Virus record (IMG/VR): IMGVR_UViG_3300017917_003379
Direction: 5' to 3' (one strand)
Source of the DNA: a virus
Length of the DNA stretch: 64,000 nucleotides
Part shown: one piece after another, positions 56,073 to 64,000 of the stretch
How the letters are laid out: each line of letters opens with the position of its first letter
How positions within the stretch are numbered: position 1 is the first letter of the stretch
The notes under the pieces: model-generated
What the model was told of the DNA's origin: nothing
Databases searched by the model: none
What the model saw: only the letters and a program-made list of their open reading frames with translations
Program-made: the position numbers and the translations under genes

Positions 56073-57257
56073 ATGGCAAAAAAACAACCACAGCAAGTTT
56101 CATTAAATGTTAAAGAAACAAAAACATTTCTTAAACATATTATCAACAACAATCGTTTTTTACAACAAAACAACAAACCCCCAGTAGCAGTAGAAGTAGT
56201 AGGCGATTCAGGAATTGGTAAAACATCTACTATTATTCAATTAGCAAATGAATTAGATTTACATTTTGTTAAATTGAATTTAGCGCAGATTGAAGAATTA
56301 GGTGATTTAGTTGGCTTTCCAATCCGTCAATTTGAAGTATGTAAAGATACTGATTGTATTTGGATTGATGAACATGCTGTAGAAGAGTATATAAAATTAG
56401 GTTATACGTTTACTGGATTAAATCGAATGAGTTATTGTCCACCTGAATGGATTAGTGGTAAAACAACAGGCGGAATATTACTACTGGATGATTGGAATCG
56501 TGCTGATGTTAGATTTATTCAAGCTGTAATGGAACTAATTGATCGTCAACAATATATTAGTTGGACATTACCTAAAGATTGGCATATTATTTTAACATCA
56601 AATCCTGATAATGGAGAATATTTAGTTAATAGTATTGATAATGCTCAAAAAACACGTTTTATTAGTGTCAATTTAAAATTTGATATTGATTGTTGGGGAG
56701 AATGGGCTGAAAATAATCAAATTGATAATAGATGTATTAATTTCTTACTAAAACATCCAGAATTAGTTACTACAAATATTAATTCACGAAGTATAACTAC
56801 ATTTTTTAATTCAATATCATCATTAGATTCATTTGAAACATCATTACCATTAATTCAAATGATTGGTGAAGGTAGTGTAGGTTCGGAATTTACGACATTG
56901 TTCACAATGTTTATCAATAATAAATTAGATAAAATTATTTCACCTAAGACAATATTAACTCATGAAAGTGATGAATATATTTTAAATACTTTAAAAGGTA
57001 TTATTGGTAAAGATGAAAAGTATAGAGCTGATTTAGCATCAATTATATCAACTCGTATTATTAATTATAGTATATTTTATGCTAAAGAAAATAAAATTGA
57101 AAAACAATTTATTGATAGATTAGCATTACTAATTAATGAAAATCTATTCACAGTAGATTTAAAATATAATATAGTAAAATCAATTTATAATGGTGATCAA
57201 TCATCATTTAAACAACTCATGTTGAATAAAACATTATTAACATTTTTAACTAAATAA
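56073..57257 (+). CDS. MoxR-like AAA+ ATPase
   Basis: GDSGIGKT; GDLVGFP; LLLDDWNRA; TSNP; AQKTRF. Confidence 0.85.
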   Translation: MAKKQPQQVSLNVKETKTFLKHIINNNRFLQQNNKPPVAVEVVGDSGIGKTSTIIQLANELDLHFVKLNLAQIEELGDLVGFPIRQFEVCKDTDCIWIDEHAVEEYIKLGYTFTGLNRMSYCPPEWISGKTTGGILLLDDWNRADVRFIQAVMELIDRQQYISWTLPKDWHIILTSNPDNGEYLVNSIDNAQKTRFISVNLKFDIDCWGEWAENNQIDNRCINFLLKHPELVTTNINSRSITTFFNSISSLDSFETSLPLIQMIGEGSVGSEFTTLFTMFINNKLDKIISPKTILTHESDEYILNTLKGIIGKDEKYRADLASIISTRIINYSIFYAKENKIEKQFIDRLALLINENLFTVDLKYNIVKSIYNGDQSSFKQLMLNKTLLTFLTK

Positions 57258-57258
57258 T

Positions 57259-58269
57259 ATGCCTACATATCAAAGATTACGATCATTATTAGATTATAAT
57301 GGAAAAATTGCACCTTATATATATGGAAATAATATACATAAACGTATAAGTATTATTACTAAAGAACATGAGGATAAATACAATAAACTTTATAATAACA
57401 ATAAAGACAATAAGATAGAAAATAATACAACATTATGTATGTCGCCGTTAAGTAATTTACCTAATTACAAACTTAAATCATATATAACAGAAAATAAACT
57501 TAATATTAAAACAGTCAGACGTACATCCAAACCTAATATTTTAGTAATAAATGATTCTTTAATTAAAGAATATTATTTTAATTCTCATTACTATAACACA
57601 GGCCTATTTTATATAGTTCCAGTTGAATTTTTAAAAACAATACAAACTAAAAACCATAATGAAAAATTAATAGCTGATTTTTATTATATAAACGATAACA
57701 TTTTAGATGTTTTTAAAACTAAATATCCAAATTATTATAATGAATTAATACAATTTGAAAAAATTACAGGTAAAATAATAGATATTGAATGGGGTAATAA
57801 AAAAGCATATGAATGTTTTGATTTATTTATAAGTCTACTTGACGAAAATTTACCCTATAAAATAGTATTTGATCATAGTATCAATAACGATATCAATAAA
57901 GATTTAGTAATAGATGATGATATGTTTATAAATTTAATAAACATGCTGAAAAGTTCAGATAAAGACAATCATAATTTAGCTCGTGAAATCGTAGCTAATT
58001 GTGAATTAGAATTATCTAAACCATATATTTTATTTCTATTATGGAAATATGAAGAGTTTAAAAAAACAAATAATAATAAAAATTTTAAATTTTGTTTAGA
58101 TGCACTTAAACCATATAAAGAAATATATTATAATAGAATGTTAGATAATTTTCTAGCAAAAATAATAAATAAACACCCCGAATATTCACAAACTATATTT
58201 AATTGTTTACGGTTATATATAAATAACGAAAATAATAAAGATATTATTAAAGGAATAACTATTTCTTGA
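57259..58269 (+). CDS. Hypothetical protein, third gene of the vWA/MoxR locus
   Basis: ORF track; abuts the ATPase gene. Confidence 0.65.
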   Translation: MPTYQRLRSLLDYNGKIAPYIYGNNIHKRISIITKEHEDKYNKLYNNNKDNKIENNTTLCMSPLSNLPNYKLKSYITENKLNIKTVRRTSKPNILVINDSLIKEYYFNSHYYNTGLFYIVPVEFLKTIQTKNHNEKLIADFYYINDNILDVFKTKYPNYYNELIQFEKITGKIIDIEWGNKKAYECFDLFISLLDENLPYKIVFDHSINNDINKDLVIDDDMFINLINMLKSSDKDNHNLAREIVANCELELSKPYILFLLWKYEEFKKTNNNKNFKFCLDALKPYKEIYYNRMLDNFLAKIINKHPEYSQTIFNCLRLYINNENNKDIIKGITIS

Positions 58270-58301
58270 TATTTATTGTCAAATACAATAAAATACTAAA
58301 C

Positions 58302-58775
58302 ATGAAAAAAACTGAATTATTATCTTTAATAAGAGAAGAACTTAAATTAGAGATGGCTGCTATTGCATCTGGATTAAAATTAGCCGATAATTGGAAAGAA
58401 TTATGGGAGACTGTACCTGAATCTATTAAATTATCAACACGATATAAGCGTATAATTGATTTTTTAGAAGAAAACGGAACTGGAACTCTTAAAGATATTG
58501 CTATAGAAAAATTTAATTCAACCGACACAGCAGTATGTAACCAATTAGTAAAAAGATTAAAAGAACTAGGTATAGTAGAAAGTACAGGATATGTTAGAGA
58601 ACCTAAATATAAAGAAAAAACTACTACTCCTGGAGCATTTGGTCGTCCTAAACTAACAGATGAAAATGTTAAAATGTTAGGTTTAAATATAGTTAGAAAG
58701 TTTAGTAAAGGTTTAACTGATTTTACGGATGAAGAAAAAGAGTTAATACAAAATATGTATAATTCTATTAAATAA
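58302..58775 (+). CDS. Tagged (family B) winged-helix protein
   Basis: MKKTELLSLIREELKLE|MA; TLKDIA...NQLVKRLKELGIVE; GRPK. Confidence 0.65.
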   Translation: MKKTELLSLIREELKLEMAAIASGLKLADNWKELWETVPESIKLSTRYKRIIDFLEENGTGTLKDIAIEKFNSTDTAVCNQLVKRLKELGIVESTGYVREPKYKEKTTTPGAFGRPKLTDENVKMLGLNIVRKFSKGLTDFTDEEKELIQNMYNSIK

Positions 58776-59242
58776 TGGCTAAATATAAAAAAATAGTTCT
58801 TTTAAGTTGTGTTGCAACTAAATTACCTCATGCTGCTCCGGCTGAAGAACTATATAATTCTCCTTTATTTAAAAAATCATTAGAATATGCTAAATCATTA
58901 AATCCAGATGATATAGTAATATTATCTGCTAAACATTATGTTTTACCGTTACGGAAAGTTATTAAACCTTATGATAAAACATTATTGAATATGCCTAGTG
59001 AAGAAATACAAGAATGGGCAGTACAGGTATTAAAAATATTAGCAGATAAATATAATTTAGAAAAAGATCATTTTATAATATTAGCAGGAGATAAATACAG
59101 AAAATATATAACTCCTCAAATAACACATTGGAGTGCTCCGCTAAAAGGATTAAGAATTGGGCAACAACTATCCTGGTATTCTAAAAAAATTGCTAAATTA
59201 GTAAAAGAAGGCTTAACCAAATTATTAAATTTATTTAAATGA
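58775..59242 (+). CDS. DUF6884-like protein
   Basis: LLSCVATK...AEELYNSPLFKK...ILSAKH...PYD..L...GLRIGQQ. Confidence 0.65.
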   Translation: MAKYKKIVLLSCVATKLPHAAPAEELYNSPLFKKSLEYAKSLNPDDIVILSAKHYVLPLRKVIKPYDKTLLNMPSEEIQEWAVQVLKILADKYNLEKDHFIILAGDKYRKYITPQITHWSAPLKGLRIGQQLSWYSKKIAKLVKEGLTKLLNLFK

Positions 59243-59481
59243 AAAAAATAGCTAAATTAATGGAAATGTATAAAGAAGATGCATACCATTATGATGATTT
59301 TAATGATAATCAAATATCAAAAACTTTAAATAAATTAAATGAATCTATTTCAATTTTAGAAGAACATACAGTAAAATCATACGCCCAAACTATTAATGAA
59401 TTTAAAAATTCATTACAGAGTAATGAAGAAAAAGAAATTATGGATGATTTTATACAATATTGTAAATATTATAACAAATAA
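59239..59481 (+). CDS. Hypothetical protein
   Basis: ORF track; several L/IxE sites. Confidence 0.6.
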   Translation: MKKIAKLMEMYKEDAYHYDDFNDNQISKTLNKLNESISILEEHTVKSYAQTINEFKNSLQSNEEKEIMDDFIQYCKYYNK

Positions 59482-59486
59482 TAAAA

Positions 59487-60485
59487 ATGAAAGTTAAACA
59501 ACTACGTGAACTAATTCGTGAAGCAATCCATGAAACATTAAAAGAAGCTGAAATTTCTCCACAAGAAAAAGCAGCTAAAGATGCTGAAATAAATTCCATA
59601 AATAAACAAATTCAAGCTTTACAAGCTAAAAAATCTGATCTTTCTTCAGGACGTGCATCTGTAGTATCTGAAACTGGATTAAAAGAAATGGCTCGTACAC
59701 CCATTAAATATAAATTATCTGATAATTATCAAGATAAAGTTTCTCAATTACCTTATGCTGGCTCTGAAAAAAGAATGAAATGGATAAATGGTATTATTGA
59801 TTACATTAGTCAAGAAGGATCAACAGATATTACATCAGTAGCTAAAAATAAATTTAACGTTCCTCAACCTCGTATAGCAGATTATGCTAGAGATATGATT
59901 CGTTTAGGTATTCTTGAACCAGAAACCTCAGGAGTTGTACCACAATTTATGCAATCTAACGATAAAGAAAAAACAACAGATGATTCAGAATCATCTACAT
60001 TAGATATGGGAAATTTATCAAAATATTTCTCACCAGTTTCTAATGATGATAATGGAAATGAAGAAGATTTTAATACTGAAGAAGAACCTACAATAGGTGA
60101 TATAGATAATAAACCTGTATCTACTTCTAGTATGTCTGATGAAGACTATAATGCATGGGATAAGTATTATGACTTAAAAACTAAACTAAATGGTGTTAAA
60201 TCAGATTTGAATAAAATAACTCGTAGTAAAAAAAGAGGTAGTGTTGCTGGTGATATTAAAGATAAACCATCTACTGAAGAACAACGCTTACGTGATTTGA
60301 AAAAATCCTTAGAAGATAGAATCAATACTTTAGTACAAAATTCTGATTATTTAAAGAAAAAAACCGGACAAGAAACAACACCCACTCCTGAAATAGAAGA
60401 TATTGAAGATGATGAAACAATAGATGAATCTTTCGACTCATATCAACTTAGAAAAATGCAATACTACGCTGGTATTAAAAAATAA
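59487..60485 (+). CDS. Doubly tagged winged-helix protein with acidic linker
   Basis: MKVKQLRELIREAIHE; GLKE|MA then wHTH; C-terminal IDE...LRKMQYYAGIKK. Confidence 0.65.
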   Translation: MKVKQLRELIREAIHETLKEAEISPQEKAAKDAEINSINKQIQALQAKKSDLSSGRASVVSETGLKEMARTPIKYKLSDNYQDKVSQLPYAGSEKRMKWINGIIDYISQEGSTDITSVAKNKFNVPQPRIADYARDMIRLGILEPETSGVVPQFMQSNDKEKTTDDSESSTLDMGNLSKYFSPVSNDDNGNEEDFNTEEEPTIGDIDNKPVSTSSMSDEDYNAWDKYYDLKTKLNGVKSDLNKITRSKKRGSVAGDIKDKPSTEEQRLRDLKKSLEDRINTLVQNSDYLKKKTGQETTPTPEIEDIEDDETIDESFDSYQLRKMQYYAGIKK

Positions 60486-60488
60486 TTT

Positions 60489-60839
60489 ATGAAAAATAAA
60501 ACGAATTTTATTCAATTAGGTTTATATATAATTGCTAATTTATTATTAACTTTAGGAATAATTTGGATTACAACCCGTAAACCTGAAATGCCTATCGAAT
60601 ATAAAACAGCAATTGATTCGCTTTCAAGAATTAATAAAATGTTGCTTGATAAACAACAAAAAATTGATAGTACAATTAAAGTATATAAAACTGAAATTGA
60701 TCAAATTGATAATAGAATAAACAATATTAAAGAAAAAACAACTATTGTACGTGAATATTATCATGAAATAAATAATAGAGTTATTCAATATACTCCAACA
60801 CAAGTAGATTCGTTTTTTAAATCACGTTATAATTATTAA
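60489..60839 (+). CDS. TM + coiled-coil protein, putative spanin
   Basis: N-terminal TM, coiled coil, adjacent to amidase. Confidence 0.5.
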   Translation: MKNKTNFIQLGLYIIANLLLTLGIIWITTRKPEMPIEYKTAIDSLSRINKMLLDKQQKIDSTIKVYKTEIDQIDNRINNIKEKTTIVREYYHEINNRVIQYTPTQVDSFFKSRYNY

Positions 60840-60842
60840 TTT

Positions 60843-61493
60843 ATGAATATCTTACAAGTAGAATTCCCTGCAAATCAATATATTAGAGAAGAACACCCAA
60901 AAAAACAAATCTACCTACATCACACTGCAGGTAATAACAGTGGTACAAATGTATTTAGATGGTGGGCATCCAACCCAGAAAGAATTTCCACATGTGTGGT
61001 TATTGCAGGTCCTGGCTCATCAGATGGAGATGGTAGGATTGTACAAGGATTTAGTTCTAAATACTGGGGATTCCATCTAGGTATTAAACGTAATACATTT
61101 GATAGATTTGGACTTCCTTTTATAAATCTAGATAAATTATCAATTGGTATTGAAGTTTGTAACTGGGGGCAGCTATCATTTACAAATGGTAAGTTTTACA
61201 ACCATGTAGGAGGAGAAGTACCTGAAAATCAGGTAACTAAGCTCGATGTTCCATACAAAGGATTTACATATTTCCATAGTTATTCTGATGCACAAATCGC
61301 TAGTATAAAAGAACTTTTGCTTCTTTGGAAAGATAGATATAATATTCCTTTAACGTATAGAGAAGATATATGGAATGTAACTTCTAGAGCTCTTAGAGGA
61401 GAAGCTGGAGTATTTACTCATAATTCAGTCCGTACTGATAAAGTAGATGTTTATCCTCATCCTAAATTAATTCAAATGTTAAAATCCCTATAA
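60843..61493 (+). CDS. N-acetylmuramoyl-L-alanine amidase (endolysin)
   Basis: IYLHHTAG; SIGIEVCNWG; THNSVRTDKVD. Confidence 0.85.
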   Translation: MNILQVEFPANQYIREEHPKKQIYLHHTAGNNSGTNVFRWWASNPERISTCVVIAGPGSSDGDGRIVQGFSSKYWGFHLGIKRNTFDRFGLPFINLDKLSIGIEVCNWGQLSFTNGKFYNHVGGEVPENQVTKLDVPYKGFTYFHSYSDAQIASIKELLLLWKDRYNIPLTYREDIWNVTSRALRGEAGVFTHNSVRTDKVDVYPHPKLIQMLKSL

Positions 61494-61898
61494 ATGAAAA
61501 AAATACTATTTATTCTATTAATATGTCCTCTACTTAGCCTAGCACAGACCAAATCTCAACCAGATACAATTGAAATCCCAACTCATGTTGCACGACAAAT
61601 AGTAAAGGATTTAGTTAGTTGCGATAGTTTAAAAGCAATTCATGCTCTTACAGTACAACAACTTACATTAACTGAACGCAAAGTAGATGTTCAAAATAAT
61701 ATTATAAAGGCTCATGAAGAAAAAGGTATAATGTATGAACAACGGATTCAAGTTGAACAAGATAAATACCAAGTAATGAATAATTGGGTAAAAGATTTAC
61801 AAAAACAAAACAAAAAACTTAAAGTAAAATTACGTTTTATTCAAATTGCAGGTACTGCTGTTATTGGGGGGTTGACATATTTATATATAACCAAGTAA
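61494..61898 (+). CDS. Signal peptide + coiled coil + C-terminal TM, putative spanin component
   Basis: MKKILFILLICPLLSLA|Q; ends FIQIAGTAVIGGLTYLYITK. Confidence 0.5.
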   Translation: MKKILFILLICPLLSLAQTKSQPDTIEIPTHVARQIVKDLVSCDSLKAIHALTVQQLTLTERKVDVQNNIIKAHEEKGIMYEQRIQVEQDKYQVMNNWVKDLQKQNKKLKVKLRFIQIAGTAVIGGLTYLYITK

Positions 61899-61923
61899 AT
61901 TTACATATTAATATTCATATAGT

Positions 61924-61951
61924 AAGTCTAGCCTATTAAGGTTAGACTTTT
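61924..61951 (+). terminator. Intrinsic terminator
   Basis: aagtctagcct-atta-aggttagactt. Confidence 0.6.
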
Positions 61952-61980
61952 CTTATATATTTATATATATAAGTGACCAA

Positions 61981-63555
61981 ATGAATATAAAAGATATAAT
62001 TAAACAAGAATATATTAAATGTGCCATGGATCCGGTACATTTTTTTCGTAAATACTGTTACATTACCCACCCTGTAAAAGGAAGAGTATTATTCCATTTA
62101 TACCCATTCCAAGAAGAAACATTAGGTAATTTTAGACAACATCGTTTCTCCATTATAAATAAATCCCGCCAGTTAGGTATTTCTACATTAGTAGCAGGAT
62201 ATGCTTTATGGACTATGTTGTTTAATAAAGATAAAACAGTATTATGTATAGCTACTAAACAAGAAACTGCTAAAGGTATGGTTGAAAAAGTACAGTTTAT
62301 GTACAATAACTTACCTGCTTGGCTACGTGGAAATCAAAAACCATTATCTGATAATAAATTATCACTTAAATTAGCTAATAATTCTCAAATTGTAGCTACA
62401 TCTGCCGCTTCAGATGCTGGTCGTTCTTATGCAGTATCTTTATTACTAATAGATGAGGCTGCGTTTATTGAAGGTATTGATCGAATTTATACAAGTATTA
62501 AACCAACAATTGCTACTGGTGGAGGAATCATTGCATTGTCTTCTCCTAATGGTATTGGTAATTGGTTTCATAAAATGTATACTGAAGCCCAAATAGGAAA
62601 AAATGATTTTAAAGCTATAGAATTAAAATGGAATCTTCATCCTGATCGAGATGAAAAGTGGGAAGCAACAGAAAGAGCAAATATGTCACCACGTGAATTT
62701 GCTCAAGAATATGATTGTGACTTCCTCGGCTCTGGGAATTCAGTAATTGAACCAGATAATTTATCTTTTTATGAACAAACCTTTATACAAGATCCTGTAG
62801 AACGTCGTTTTATGGGTGGTGATTTTTGGATTTGGCAGTACCCTGATTATACTAAATCTTATATTGTATGTGCTGACGTGGCTCGTGGTGATGGTAGTGA
62901 CTATTCTGCGTTTCATGTCATTGATATTGAAGCATGTGAACAAGTTGCTGAGTATAAATCACAAATAGATACACGAACATACGGCAACATGCTTGTATCA
63001 GTAGCTAGTGAATATAACAATGCTCTACTAGTAGTAGAAAATGCAAATGTTGGTTGGGATGTAGTAAATACTATTATAGAAAAAGGATATCAAAATTTAT
63101 ATTATTCACCTCGTGCATATGGTGAAATGCATATGGATAAATGGTTAGCTAAAATAGATAATGAACAAACTGTCCCTGGATTTACTACATCAGCTAAAAC
63201 AAGACCTCTTGTTATCTCCAAAATGGAAGCGTATATTCGAGATAGAGTATTTACTTTTAGATCTAAACGATTATTAGAAGAATTAAGAGTATTCGTTTGG
63301 CAACATGGTAAAGCTCAAGCACAAAGTGGATATAATGATGATTTAGTTATGTCATTAGGTATTGGATTATTTGCTAGAGATACAGGTGTTAAATTTCACC
63401 AACAAGGTTTAGATTTAGCTCGTGCTTCTTTAGGTGGAATTTCTAATACTATTCATAATATGGGTAAAATGCCAATGTTATCAAATGGTCAATCTAATCC
63501 ATATAAGATAGAAACACAACATGGTATTGAAGATATTACATGGTTGTTAGGTTAA
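61981..63555 (+). CDS. terL: Terminase large subunit (T4 gp17-like)
   Basis: KSRQLGIST Walker A, LLIDEAAFI Walker B, SSPNG, ADVARG..DYS, NDDLVM. Confidence 0.95.
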   Translation: MNIKDIIKQEYIKCAMDPVHFFRKYCYITHPVKGRVLFHLYPFQEETLGNFRQHRFSIINKSRQLGISTLVAGYALWTMLFNKDKTVLCIATKQETAKGMVEKVQFMYNNLPAWLRGNQKPLSDNKLSLKLANNSQIVATSAASDAGRSYAVSLLLIDEAAFIEGIDRIYTSIKPTIATGGGIIALSSPNGIGNWFHKMYTEAQIGKNDFKAIELKWNLHPDRDEKWEATERANMSPREFAQEYDCDFLGSGNSVIEPDNLSFYEQTFIQDPVERRFMGGDFWIWQYPDYTKSYIVCADVARGDGSDYSAFHVIDIEACEQVAEYKSQIDTRTYGNMLVSVASEYNNALLVVENANVGWDVVNTIIEKGYQNLYYSPRAYGEMHMDKWLAKIDNEQTVPGFTTSAKTRPLVISKMEAYIRDRVFTFRSKRLLEELRVFVWQHGKAQAQSGYNDDLVMSLGIGLFARDTGVKFHQQGLDLARASLGGISNTIHNMGKMPMLSNGQSNPYKIETQHGIEDITWLLG

Positions 63556-63585
63556 TAAATATTTATTAATATAATAAAAATACAA

Positions 63586-64000
63586 ATGGCTGAACAAAAT
63601 ACAGGCTTATTTAACAGATTAAAACGATTATTCTCTACAGATGTTATTATTAGAAATGTTGGAGGAAATCAATTAAAAACAATAGATGTTGATAGAATCC
63701 AAGCATACGGTAATGTTAAAACCAATGCTTTAATTGATAGATTCACCAAGTTACATCGCTATGGTGCTAACATGCCATACAACCCAACAATGAATTATCA
63801 AACACTTCGCATTCAGTTATATACTGACTATGAAGCAATGGATACAGAATCAATTATTGCTTCTGCTCTTGATATTGTAGCTGATGAGTCTACTTTAAAA
63901 AACGAAGCTGGAGAAATATTACAAATTAGAAGTGCTGATGAAAATACTCAACGTATTCTATATAATTTATTCTATGATGTGTTAAATATTGAATTTAACC
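63586..64000 (+). CDS. Portal protein (T4 gp20-like), 3'-truncated by window
   Basis: Manual translation MAEQNTGLFNRLKRLFS...LYTDYEAMD...IASALDIVADES...; follows terminase. Confidence 0.8.
   Translation, partial: MAEQNTGLFNRLKRLFSTDVIIRNVGGNQLKTIDVDRIQAYGNVKTNALIDRFTKLHRYGANMPYNPTMNYQTLRIQLYTDYEAMDTESIIASALDIVADESTLKNEAGEILQIRSADENTQRILYNLFYDVLNIEFN

Larger units (their letters stand above)
13477..63570 (+). promoter_or_regulatory. Putative late promoter ATATTTAT (single box), dispersed copies
   Basis: Seen shortly upstream of starts at 13488,15197,17976,20643,29111,31601,34134,36546,38700,40411,43427,47970,51149,53994,58302,61981,63586. Confidence 0.55.

Noticed and set aside
151-62943. 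Minus-strand and alternate-frame ORFs in the track (e.g. 193-414, 1413-1676, 2481-2732, 3858-4136, 38383-38643, 151-351, 4432-4815)
   Set aside because: Shadows of repetitive or real + strand genes, without promoter or start context; all recognisable genes are on +
1-64000. Stop-codon reassignment
   Set aside because: Long conserved genes are intact in the standard code; TAA, TAG and TGA all end genes at sensible positions; no suppressor tRNA seen

Overview
Very AT-rich segment of a large T4-like myovirus genome, with essentially all genes on the + strand. The host is most likely Bacteroidota: TAnnTTT(A/G) -7 boxes, A-rich leaders without Shine-Dalgarno sites, and a signal peptide ending just before Gln. 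All calls come from reading motifs by eye; no searches were run. Layout: (1) 1-12.3 kb is an array of mostly single-gene early/host-takeover cassettes behind ~29 copies of G(G/T)CAAAA-N9-TAnnTTTA. It holds 7 MORN-variant repeat paralogues, 4 paralogues of a 21-aa repeat family, AT-hook proteins, an ArdA-like protein, small acidic proteins, tRNA-Leu(UAA), two anticodon-less tRNA-like RNAs and a ~170-nt structured RNA. (2) 12.3-15.6 kb has non-coding islands, a T5orf172 protein and a gp55-like late sigma factor. (3) 15.6-31.9 kb is the baseplate/tail module (gp5-, gp25-, gp6-like, a 1811-aa protein, a plant-type LRR protein). (4) 31.9-34.1 kb encodes a GIY-YIG nuclease, primase and PD-(D/E)XK nuclease. 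(5) 34.1-60.5 kb is an accessory region in which about 20 unrelated proteins share one of three short Glu-terminated leader peptides (MIKLxxILxE; MKxxELRxIIREE; INEIxRMQQLAGINE); it also contains an FAD oxidoreductase split by a homing endonuclease + GNAT insert and a vWA/MoxR pair. (6) 60.5-64 kb has lysis genes, the terminase large subunit and the start of the portal. Best candidate for a novel system: a modular capsid-addressing tag system that loads a large arsenal of diverse effectors (ART/protease polyprotein, GNAT, ParB-like, wHTH, OmpA-like, acidic DNA-mimic-like proteins) into the head for injection; one cargo also exists as an untagged early gene. Second candidate: the anticodon-less tRNA mimics.
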